Assembly (NCBI GenBank): GCA_918797485.1
Contig: CAKKNE010000005.1
Location: forward strand, 4,092,001-4,156,000
Direction: 5' to 3'
From: Pelagomonas calceolata
Taxonomy: Eukaryota
DNA length: 64,000 nt
The notes beneath the pieces are model-generated. The model did no database searches, was not told the origin of the DNA, and worked only from the letters and a program-made list of their open reading frames with translations. This document shows, in pieces, positions 53,528 to 62,722 of the stretch. The position numbers and the translations under genes were made by a program. The stretch's first letter is position 1. Each line of letters opens with the position of its first letter.

Positions 53528-55354
53528 ATGGCCTTCCGCCTCCTAGCAGCGCGCCGCGGCCTCTACGTGACCGGCGCCACGGCGGCCGCGGCGGCCTGCC
53601 GCTACCGCATCGCGAGGCTGGAGGACGCGCCGAGTGAACCGCCGAAGCCGCCCGGCATCTACCAAGAAGCTCAGTTCGACCCGACCAGTATCGAGGAGGT
53701 GGCTGAATTAGCAAGACAAAACCTCTCGAAATCTGATTTGCAGTACAAATTGAAAGACGCCCAAGACAAACAGGCCGAGGAGCGCAAACGGCAGGCCGAG
53801 TACCAGGCCGCGTCGCGGCAAGCCCAAGCCCAAGCGCGCCAGGCGCAGCGCCAGGAGACGGAGGAGACGCGGAAACGCAAGCAGGAGGAGTTCCAGCGGC
53901 GCGAGGCCTTCAAGGCTAAGTTGAAGGAAAAAACGGACGAGGCCTGCGCGAGGTACGACGAGGAGTTGAAGGCGGGCGAAGAGGAGGACCGGAAGGCCCA
54001 CGAGTTAAGGGTAGAGAAGGAGCGGCGAAAAACGGCGGAACTCGAGCAGGAGCTCAAACGGACCACGGACGCCGTATATGTAAAAGCGAGTGCCGAGGCG
54101 ACAGCTAGAGCGGAAAGCCAGAACCAGGATTTGAGGCTGGAACAAATTAAAGAGAAGGCGAAGGTGGCTCGCGATACGACTTTGGAGGCCGTGAAGGCGA
54201 CTTTGACGAATCTCGGTGCTGCGAAAGATGCGTTGTTGAATGATAGCGATAGAGCCGTGGCTGTTGTTGGAGTGTTAACAGCTACGGCGGCCGGGGTGTA
54301 TTTTTCTCGGAAATTCGCGGCGGTGGTCGGTGATTATGTGGACGCGCGACTGCGGAAGCCCGCCTTGGTGCGAGAAACGTCTCGCGGGTTCGCTGTCGCC
54401 TCTTCTGCTGTCGGGAGTGGTACTGTTGGTTCTGTAGTGTCTCGTCTAGGCTCCTTGACAAAGCCAAAAGCTGTGGACCCCGAACTGCTCATGAAGGGCG
54501 CGGTCTTTGAGAGTAAGCTCGAGCGATCGTTGCTGCGCATCGCGGCGCAGGCGAACGGTGCGAGAGCAGCAAAAACGCCGTTCCGACATTGCTTATTTGT
54601 CGGGCCGCCGGGCACGGGCAAAACATTATTTGCGAAACGTCTAGCCGCACACGCGAGGATGGACTACGCCGTCATGAGTGGCGGCGACGTCGCGCCGCTC
54701 GGCCGAGACGCCGTGACGGACATGCACAAGATGTTCGACTGGGCGCAGCGCTCTCCGAACGGTCTACTACTGTTGATCGACGAGGCCGACGCGTTTGTAA
54801 GGAAGAGAGGTAAGGACATGTCCGAGGACTCGCGGAACGCGCTGAACGCGTTTCTGTTCCGGACGGGGACGCCGTCTACCGACGTCATGGTCGTCTTCGC
54901 TTCCAACCTACCGGAGCTGTTCGACAGTGCCGTGCACGATCGAGTGGATGAGATCGTGCAGTTTCCCTTGCCTGCCCTCGAGGAGCGTCGGAAGATCCTC
55001 CAGGAGTACGTCAGGGAGATGCTCGAGCCCTTGCCTCGGACGAGCTTTTTTCAACCGGCGCCGCGGCCCATCACGCTCGATGACGGTGTTACTGATGACA
55101 TGATTGTGAAAGCGGCAGATAAATGCGAGGGGTTTTCGGCCAGAGAGCTGTCGAAGCTGGCGCTGGCGTGGCGCGCGGCGGCCTTCGCGACCGAAGAGAG
55201 AGTATTGACTCCATCCTTGGTCGAGGAGACGCTGAACCTGCAGCTCGGCCAGCACGCCGTCCGCGTGTCGTGGCTGGAAAGGTCGATCAAGCGGAAGCGC
55301 GAGCGCGACGAGGCGCTGCGGGCGAACGCGCCGCGGCGGCCGGCGAAGGCGTGA
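53528..55354 (+). CDS. ATAD3: Mitochondrial AAA ATPase ATAD3
   Basis: FDPTSIE, coiled coil, KPALVRETSR, GPPGTGKT, MSGGDVAPLG, LLIDEADAF. Confidence 0.93.
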   Translation: MAFRLLAARRGLYVTGATAAAAACRYRIARLEDAPSEPPKPPGIYQEAQFDPTSIEEVAELARQNLSKSDLQYKLKDAQDKQAEERKRQAEYQAASRQAQAQARQAQRQETEETRKRKQEEFQRREAFKAKLKEKTDEACARYDEELKAGEEEDRKAHELRVEKERRKTAELEQELKRTTDAVYVKASAEATARAESQNQDLRLEQIKEKAKVARDTTLEAVKATLTNLGAAKDALLNDSDRAVAVVGVLTATAAGVYFSRKFAAVVGDYVDARLRKPALVRETSRGFAVASSAVGSGTVGSVVSRLGSLTKPKAVDPELLMKGAVFESKLERSLLRIAAQANGARAAKTPFRHCLFVGPPGTGKTLFAKRLAAHARMDYAVMSGGDVAPLGRDAVTDMHKMFDWAQRSPNGLLLLIDEADAFVRKRGKDMSEDSRNALNAFLFRTGTPSTDVMVVFASNLPELFDSAVHDRVDEIVQFPLPALEERRKILQEYVREMLEPLPRTSFFQPAPRPITLDDGVTDDMIVKAADKCEGFSARELSKLALAWRAAAFATEERVLTPSLVEETLNLQLGQHAVRVSWLERSIKRKRERDEALRANAPRRPAKA

Positions 55355-55551
55355 GAGTGGTTGTTTAACTTAGATATTTATCGTACTACAAGTGCTTTCT
55401 CGCGCGGTTTTACCGGGTAAGGTATCGGTATGGTACCTTACCTCGGTGGTAGGAGCCAGCCGCAGCCTCAGTTTTTCAGCAGTTTGCCACCAGCCGTGCT
55501 CTTTCAGTGCTCGGAGCAACATCGCTCATATTTTCCATCAACTGCAGCCAT

Positions 55552-56880
55552 ATGATTGCTGAAATTCCCCTCGCATCCACGGATCCACCACGCAGCAGCA
55601 CAGTAGCGCGCACGCGCACGCGCCTCGCGGCGGCAAAAAGCGATCGACACCTGTACGGCAGCGTGCCAGCAACTGCGCCGCCAGCGACGCGCGTGCAGCA
55701 CTCGAAGTTATACCAACTTCTCAATAGCAGCAGCAGGGCGCACGGGTCGGTGCTCTTCGACCGAGCATTATTATTGCTCATCCTGGCCAACGTATACGTA
55801 GACGTCATGCTGACGGTCGACGAGTGGGCGGCGCAACACGGAGCCGCCGCGAAAGTTTTCGAGACGGTGTCCTCCCTGCTGTTCATCGCAGTCGAGAGCT
55901 GTGTGGAAATCAGCCAGTGAGTTACTGGAATTTTCACGCCATCGAGCAGACGCAGCTACGGAGAAAATATCGCGTCGATGGCGTGGGGCGCCCGAAATTT
56001 GATTTCCACACAGGAGTACATCACGCGCTTCGCCGTCGCGGGCGAACGAGCAAAATATCGTGGCACTGCCGGCCGGTGGCGCTTTGTCACGAGCTGGGCA
56101 TCAATCGTCGACCTCTGCTCCTTCATGCCATGGATCGCCGAAAAGATTATCTACTGGGGCGAGGACGGAGATGTGCCCTCCACCGCATATGTGAGGGCGT
56201 TCCGAGTCCTGCGCATCCTCAAGACGGACCGGTTCACGGGCGCCGCCGACGCGCTGGGACGGGTCTTCTATGTGAATATGCACATCCTGGGCGTCGCCGG
56301 AGTACTAGCGGGGATGTTGGTGCTGTTCACGTCCTCGTTGCTCTACTACAGCGGCAAGGGCGCCGAGGGCTTCGAATCCATCCCGGCAACGATGTACCTG
56401 TCGATCCTCATGCTGACGGGGCAAGGGGAGCCCGACGGTGAGTTGACGACTCTCCTGAAATCGCTCTGCGCGTTCACGGCCATCTTCTCCGTGGCCATGG
56501 TCGCCATCCCCGCGTCGATGCTGACGTTCGGCTTCGAGATCGAGGCGCAACGCTTAGTCTTGAAGCGACGCGAGCGGCGGCTTAGAAGACGGATCCGCGC
56601 CGAGCGGCTCGAGAACCACTGGATCGAGTCCTGCAGCGACAGCGAGGACGGCGACGCGCACTTTCTTGCCCGCGAGCGGCAGCGGCAGTCGCGGTGCCGC
56701 GGCGGCCGCCGCGCGGACGCGTCGGACCTGTCGTCCAGCGAAGAAGAGTACGAGACGCTCGTGCTAGGCGAGACGCAGGAGGCGACGCTCGAGCGCGTCC
56801 GCCGCGAACTCCAGGCGAAGCAGGCGCAGTACGACTCGCTGCTGCGGGCCATGGAGGACGCGCCGCCGGCCGTTCTCTAG
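55552..56880 (+). CDS. Voltage-gated 6TM cation channel-like protein with non-canonical TGQG filter; join(55552..55890,56014..56880)
   Basis: S2 LFIA|EYITRF, S3 IVDLCSFMP, S4 VRAFRVLRILK, pore FESIPATMYLSILMLTGQG, S6 AIPASML. Confidence 0.82.
55891..56013 (+). mobile_element. Introner element (115 bp) forming a 123-bp GT-AG intron
   Basis: Perfect TIRs ctgtgtggaaatca (55899) / tgatttccacacag (56013). The donor GT lies exactly 8 bp upstream of the TIR. Inverted relative to, and similar to, the 1458 copy; TSD not preserved. Confidence 0.85.
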
Positions 56881-57023
56881 CCACGGTCGACGCGTCGCGC
56901 TACGCGAGCCGTGGTTCACCACATGGACTAGTCTAAGGATTGTGTTGTGTACTACTTAGCATTCTTGGAAGAGAAGAAACAGAGCTTATAGTGTGCAAGC
57001 GAAAAGGCTCAAGAAGGACGTCA

Positions 57024-60000
57024 CTACTCGTGGAAGGAAATCGCCTTCACTATTCGAGTACGACCGGGCCCCGGATCATCGTCGCCGTGGTACTCCTTGT
57101 ACTCCTCGTTCGACTCCGAAGGCTGCAGAGGCGCCCGGAACGACGGTTCAGAAGGTAGAATCGACTCCTCTCTTGATAATGCTTCGTGCGTCGCCCGGAG
57201 ATCCGCGTCGTCCGCATCCGAGTGGTCCCACGGGGGCACACTATGTAATAGATGATCTCGAATGCCCTTCGGCGAGTTCACCGTGAAGTACCGGAACCCT
57301 TTGGACACGTCGAACCTTCTCCCAATAAAGGCAGCCACGGCCTCCAACGCCTGGGGCACGTGGCGCTTCTTGTGCCGTTGCCGCGCCGTCCGGCCACCGA
57401 CCAACAGCAAGTGGTGCTCATCCTCAGGATGGGCTCTGTCTAATTCAGAGTGCAAAATGTCCGCGTCGCGCGCGGTGCCGACGTCGCCGTCTTTCTCACC
57501 GATCAGTAGACAATGAGTACCGGAAAAGGCGTGGTTCGTTATCGCCGTCTGCGGGGCCACGGCTTTGAGGCCGACGCCTGTTCTCTTCCGGAACCTTTCA
57601 TCGACCAACGCTACGACGTCATCCACTAATTTCCTCCTTAAAGCAGAAGTAGGCTTGATCGCTAGCGACGCTAGGTCGGAGACGTGCGTCTTTAGTTGCG
57701 TCGTGCAGCCGTCCAAGACCATGCCCTTGAGAGCGACTTCTAACCTCACAGAACCATATAAGGCACACGCTACGGCACCCGTCGGCGCGCCGCCCCACAA
57801 TACGATTTTTGCTGACGGGAACTGACGTTTGGCGTACCTCACGGCAGCCAACAGATCATAGCGCTCCCAGTACCCGAACGACGCGCCGGCGTCCTGGGAC
57901 CCACCGGACCCTAGAAAGTCGACGGCTACCAAGGCACATCTCAATTCACAGCATATCGTAAGCGCTCCCGAAGAAATCGCGTCGGATCGTCCCGACGAGC
58001 GCGTGGACGAGCAGTACACGACGACGTCGTGCTCGCCCATCTTCGTAGTTCCATGACCAGGATGCCACTGCTCGACGTGGCGCCAACACGAGACCGACAC
58101 CTTCCGCCCTTCGCGCTGCGTTTCTAGCATGACGTCGTCCCGCTCATAGGTTAAAATCTCGCCGAGCTGCCCGATGGCGTCGCGCACGCGATAGGCGAAG
58201 ACTCGAGGACCTAACGAAGCTGTATCGACGCGAGGAGGCCTTGTTAATCTTTCTAGAATGCGCTTCGCGGAGTGCTGCACGACGACCCACGAGTCCGGGT
58301 CGTTGTGCGCCGCCGCCGTCTCCGCCGCGTCACTGACTGACTCGGCGACGGCGTCTAACGAACCCGTCCTTTCACTGCTTCTACAGTGTCTTGGTAAAAA
58401 TTTCTGCGCGCGGGGGTCCGCCGGTAGCCCCAGCTTCATGGTTCTCTCTTGAATCCGTTGGAGCCGCTTCCACCAGGCATACAACTCTCGACGTGTCGCA
58501 AATTTGAGCTCTACACTCCCGTTCTTCTTCGATTCAATTTCTAGGATACCTTCGCTGTCGGCCCTATCCCCACAAACGAACGAGTCCTGCCAGTGGATGG
58601 AAAACGATTCCGAGGGCTCGTCCGGTGCGGCGTGGCAGGCGTCGGCGCCCTTCCAGCTCCTCACACTATACCTTAAATAAGCATCCCTAGAAGCCCCGGG
58701 TCGGTCCGCGTGGGGGCCCAACACGAGCCATCTTTGGGTCGAACGCTTCTTCTGGGGTCCGACATGGGTCCCCGGTCTTGTAGGTACACCTGCATTCACT
58801 GTATTGGCGAGAGTCTCGGACCAGTGAATACCCAAGCAGCTACAAGCATAAGCCAACGCGCCGACTTGACCGCCCACCGCGTCATCTAATAATTCCCCAA
58901 CACCTTCGCCACTATCCCGCTCGAAGGACACGGCGCACGGCCCGCGGTACGACGGCCAGAACTTGTCAAATTGCCGCCTACCCTGCTCTTCATGCCTTTT
59001 CAAAGTTGTAGGAGACATTAATGAAGCGTGGTGGCCGCCGCGCACCCGAGGCGTGTCCTTTGGCGGATAAAACCTAATCTCAATCATGATTTGACCCTGG
59101 ACGTCGCCAAAGCCGTCGGTCGGCGCGACGCGGTGCCACGCGCTACTTGATTGGTACTGGGCACCTGATATGGGTTCCGCTCTTAGCTGCTCCGCTAGGA
59201 CATCGACATCACATCTTCCGAGAGGTGTGGGGGCCTTGCCCTTCCGGCGATGCCACAACTCGACAGAGACGACCTCGCCGTGATGACTCCCGTCCTCTAT
59301 ACTGGTTAAATGTTCGAATCGGGGTGAGTGCGTATAGGATCTCAACCGACTACGAGAAAAGGGCTCTCCATCAACCGACACGGTGCAGAACGTGTGTTCC
59401 TCCAAAGCGTCTGTGGTACAGCACCACGTACTCTTTTTCACCGAAGAAGCATGAGCCAGGCCCCGACACGAATGGACGACGACATCTACGCGACTAGGTA
59501 GTTTGCGAAGAGCCGCCCGTTTCGCGGCGGCCCGCACCTCGTCGAACGTCACGTGCTCGTCGCCGTCGAGGTCGGCGTCCCGAAAGAACAGCTGCGCGGC
59601 GTGGTTCGGCGTCATTGTGTTATCTGTTGAATAGACCGCGTCGAGATCTCGCAGCTTCGCATATAAGCGTCTAAACTCATCCCTATCTAACTCGCCATTT
59701 TGACTCGTGTCGCAGCGGTCGAAGAGCGCACCCAATAAATTCAAAGATCTTGCATCGGCGTCCAAGAACAGCCCTTTGCCGAAGCTCTGCAGCTTCTTGG
59801 GGGGCTGGTAGTCGATTTCAATTTCGATCTCGCCGTAATTGGAACCGTGTCTTGGGGTGCGTCGCGGTGGCCGGACCTCGTACCATTGTCTGCTTATTCG
59901 TAACTTCTCGTCGAGGCCACCCAACGACCCGACATCCACCACAACCGTCCCCAGCGCGGCGCCGTGGCCCTCGAACACGTCCTTGAGGTCTCGTAACGTA

Positions 60001-60275
60001 TTCATCTTCTCGCGCAGCTCGAGCGTTATTTTTTTATGGGGCTTGTGGCTCGGCGGCCCCGCCGTCGTCGCTATTACTGTAACGTTCCATTCCGACGTCT
60101 GCGCGACCTCGGTCTCGCCGTAATACGTCGTGATGCAGGGCTCTCCAGCTAATCCGCGGCCCTTCACGATCCTCACGCGGAGCTGGCCGCCGCCGTCGCC
60201 ATCAATGCTATTGCGGGTCGAGCGCGGCGTGGGGTTGCTCTGGCCGCTGAGGCTGCGCGTGAGGTTGTTGCGCAT
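57024..60275 (-). CDS. C2 - EF-hand - C2 - PH-like - alpha/beta-hydrolase-like multidomain protein
   Basis: LRVRIVKGRGL (C2); DTSQNGELDRDE and DLDGDEHVTFDE (EF); VVVHSCRGL (C2); LKFATRRELYAWWKRL (PH C-terminus); VDFLGSGGS..FGYWERYDL (hydrolase fold). Confidence 0.75.
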   Translation of the reverse strand: MRNNLTRSLSGQSNPTPRSTRNSIDGDGGGQLRVRIVKGRGLAGEPCITTYYGETEVAQTSEWNVTVIATTAGPPSHKPHKKITLELREKMNTLRDLKDVFEGHGAALGTVVVDVGSLGGLDEKLRISRQWYEVRPPRRTPRHGSNYGEIEIEIDYQPPKKLQSFGKGLFLDADARSLNLLGALFDRCDTSQNGELDRDEFRRLYAKLRDLDAVYSTDNTMTPNHAAQLFFRDADLDGDEHVTFDEVRAAAKRAALRKLPSRVDVVVHSCRGLAHASSVKKSTWCCTTDALEEHTFCTVSVDGEPFSRSRLRSYTHSPRFEHLTSIEDGSHHGEVVSVELWHRRKGKAPTPLGRCDVDVLAEQLRAEPISGAQYQSSSAWHRVAPTDGFGDVQGQIMIEIRFYPPKDTPRVRGGHHASLMSPTTLKRHEEQGRRQFDKFWPSYRGPCAVSFERDSGEGVGELLDDAVGGQVGALAYACSCLGIHWSETLANTVNAGVPTRPGTHVGPQKKRSTQRWLVLGPHADRPGASRDAYLRYSVRSWKGADACHAAPDEPSESFSIHWQDSFVCGDRADSEGILEIESKKNGSVELKFATRRELYAWWKRLQRIQERTMKLGLPADPRAQKFLPRHCRSSERTGSLDAVAESVSDAAETAAAHNDPDSWVVVQHSAKRILERLTRPPRVDTASLGPRVFAYRVRDAIGQLGEILTYERDDVMLETQREGRKVSVSCWRHVEQWHPGHGTTKMGEHDVVVYCSSTRSSGRSDAISSGALTICCELRCALVAVDFLGSGGSQDAGASFGYWERYDLLAAVRYAKRQFPSAKIVLWGGAPTGAVACALYGSVRLEVALKGMVLDGCTTQLKTHVSDLASLAIKPTSALRRKLVDDVVALVDERFRKRTGVGLKAVAPQTAITNHAFSGTHCLLIGEKDGDVGTARDADILHSELDRAHPEDEHHLLLVGGRTARQRHKKRHVPQALEAVAAFIGRRFDVSKGFRYFTVNSPKGIRDHLLHSVPPWDHSDADDADLRATHEALSREESILPSEPSFRAPLQPSESNEEYKEYHGDDDPGPGRTRIVKAISFHE

Positions 60276-60595
60276 CGTCTCTGGTAGTGCGGTCTCGCGT
60301 CTGGCGCAAGTGCTGGCGTGGGCTGCTTTGGAAGTGGTCTATGCAGTGTCGTAGGCGTGGGCGCTGCCCGTTCACCTTGATTCGCTGGGAGCCAACGAGC
60401 GCCGACGCTGGAGAAGCGAGTGATGGCTGCCCTCGCGTGCCGTGATTGGATTCCCAGCCGCAGCCAAAATAATTGAGATGGCTTTGAGATTTGTGTGAGA
60501 GGTGCGGGGTTTTCGCGAGGTGTTCCCAAGCTTGCAGCGCTCGGCATGATAGTTCGATTGCTTCTCATACCCGTGTATAGGGCGCGGGCCTAGTG

Positions 60596-60618
60596 CTAGT
60601 GTGTGTCGACACGCTAGC
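60596..60618 (-). promoter_or_regulatory. CTAG-bounded upstream motif
   Basis: gctagcgtgtcgacacacactag (minus), between the divergent C2 gene and ABCG. Confidence 0.65.
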
Positions 60619-60803
60619 TAGCTTCAGCCTTCAGCTGCTCTGCCTTGCGGTTAGCGCCGGTGTACAATCAGATAGATTGGCTGGCATCACTACCAGGACT
60701 GCTGACACGTGCACCGAGCGTGCGAGCGATTTAGCATCACCGCTGCGGTACAGCTGTTCAGCAAAACCTCACAGTGCACTGAGGCTGCTGCCAACACACA
60801 GAG

Positions 60804-62558
60804 ATGCACTCAATGCTCGTCTTCACACTCTGCGCCACGGCCGCGGCCGACGTGACCTGGCGCAACCTCAGCGTGCAGCGCCCGGACCGCCAGTTCTTAT
60901 TGAAACCGACGAGTGGCGTCGCGCGGGCCGGCAGCGTCACGGCGGTGCTGGGCGCGAGCGGCGCGGGCAAGTCGACGTTCTTAAGAGCATTGGTCAATGC
61001 GGCGCCGCGGGGCCGCGCAACATCATCAGGAAATGTGCAAGCGGCCGGTACTAAGGTAAAGGGTTTGAGATATGGCGACGCCGCCTTGCTGGCGCAGGAC
61101 GGTGCCCTGTTCGCGATGTTGACGGTGCGGGAAACGCTGGAGTTCGCCTTGGCTCTAGCTGGCGTCGACAAGGCTACGCGACGGAAGCGCGCCGACGCCG
61201 AGCTGAGGAGACTCGGATTTATGAACGTGGCCGACCGGCGCGTCGGGTTCGATGATGGTGGTTCAAGTGCAGCGATTAGTGGAGGGGAACGGCGGCGGTT
61301 ATGTGTGGCTGTCGAGTTAGCTAGAGCTCCGGAGCCGCGCGTTTTGGCCGCCGACGAGCCGACCACGGGCCTCGATGGAGTGTCGGCCGAGCGGGTCGTA
61401 AGGGCCCTGAAGGAGCAGGCCGTTTCAGGCAATACCGCGGTGGTTGCCTCATTACATCAGCCGTCGTCGAAGATTTGGTTGAAGCACATCGATGCCGTCG
61501 TGTTACTGGCGCCGGGGGGCACGGTCGCGTACGCTGGAAGTACGGAGGACGTCCCACTCTTCGTGAAGCGTATTACGGGCGAAGCTTTGCCGCCTTATAC
61601 GAACCCGGCGGAGTGGCTCCTCGAAATTGTTACTGATAAAAGCATGGTGGAGAAGCTCGCCGAGGCCTCTCTCGTCGAGCCGCCGGCGAGTGATGACCAA
61701 TCTCGAGCCTTGAGGCCGCCGAAGCGCGCTCCCTTGCTCCAGCGCATCTCGTTGCTGTTCGGACGGGCCCGGCGCCAGGTCCTGAGAGATGGTAGAGTGC
61801 ACGCTTTACGGCTCTTCGCGACGGCGGGCCTAGGCGCCGTATTGGGGCGAAGATACCGCGGCGACGGGAATATTTTATCGGTGGACGGCTGCGCGGACCG
61901 CGTCGCGATGCTCAGCTTCGCCGCGATCTCTACCGCAGTACTGGGCGTGACGCGGTCGCTGGATCTCTTCGCGAAGGAGCGGCCCGTCGTGGCCCGCGAG
62001 ACGGAACGAGGTTCGTACGGAGGCGCCGAGTACGTCCTCGCCAAAGCTCTAGCTGAATTACCATTGGACGCGTTCTTCGCGGCGCTCATGGGCTGGGGGC
62101 TACATTTCTCCACACCAGGGGGTCTACGGTCGAGACCGGCGGGGCCGCTGGCGTTGGTCGCCGTCGCGGCGTCTACTTTGGGGTTGGCCGTCGGTGCGGC
62201 TACGCCCGACGCGGATGCCGCGCTGGCGTTGGGCGTACCTCTGACGGTCATCCACATGCTCACGGGGATCATCAATCCCGCCGGCGAGAAGGCTCGCAAG
62301 AAACCCGTGGCGGCTCTATCCCCAATCAAGTGGGGCGTCTCGTGGCTCATCGACCGCGAGTTCCGCGGCGCGACGCTACAGCGGGGCACGGGCCCTCGAT
62401 TAGGCGGCCTGGCTTCCGTCGTGACGGGCGACCAGGTGCTCGAGCGGCTCGGTTTGGCCGCGACGCGGCCACACTTGGGGGCGCTCGTGGCGTTGGGGGT
62501 GATTCATTTGACGGTCGCTGCTGTTTGCTCGGCGTTTCGCGGGCGGGGGCGGCGGTGA
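60804..62558 (+). CDS. ABCG (White-family) half transporter
   Basis: GASGAGKST, ISGGERRR, DEPTTGLD, SLHQPS, NPAEWLLE, then the TM domain (FAKERPVVARE). Confidence 0.93.
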   Translation: MHSMLVFTLCATAAADVTWRNLSVQRPDRQFLLKPTSGVARAGSVTAVLGASGAGKSTFLRALVNAAPRGRATSSGNVQAAGTKVKGLRYGDAALLAQDGALFAMLTVRETLEFALALAGVDKATRRKRADAELRRLGFMNVADRRVGFDDGGSSAAISGGERRRLCVAVELARAPEPRVLAADEPTTGLDGVSAERVVRALKEQAVSGNTAVVASLHQPSSKIWLKHIDAVVLLAPGGTVAYAGSTEDVPLFVKRITGEALPPYTNPAEWLLEIVTDKSMVEKLAEASLVEPPASDDQSRALRPPKRAPLLQRISLLFGRARRQVLRDGRVHALRLFATAGLGAVLGRRYRGDGNILSVDGCADRVAMLSFAAISTAVLGVTRSLDLFAKERPVVARETERGSYGGAEYVLAKALAELPLDAFFAALMGWGLHFSTPGGLRSRPAGPLALVAVAASTLGLAVGAATPDADAALALGVPLTVIHMLTGIINPAGEKARKKPVAALSPIKWGVSWLIDREFRGATLQRGTGPRLGGLASVVTGDQVLERLGLAATRPHLGALVALGVIHLTVAAVCSAFRGRGRR

Positions 62559-62722
62559 GTAGGAGTAACAATTAATTAATTGAAATTATTAGGCACTGTG
62601 ATCAGCACTCTCGCCTCCGGACCCTCCGCTGGGGACTCCGGCGCACTCGTGGTGATTCTTAGGGGTTTCCCACATCCACCTCCTCGCCTCAGACGCAGCG
62701 CCCTCTCCCACGACTCGATATA

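Noticed and set aside
55416..55442. 9-bp inverted repeat ggtaaggta/taccttacc between ATAD3 and the channel gene
   Set aside because: Single occurrence with no supporting context; could be chance.
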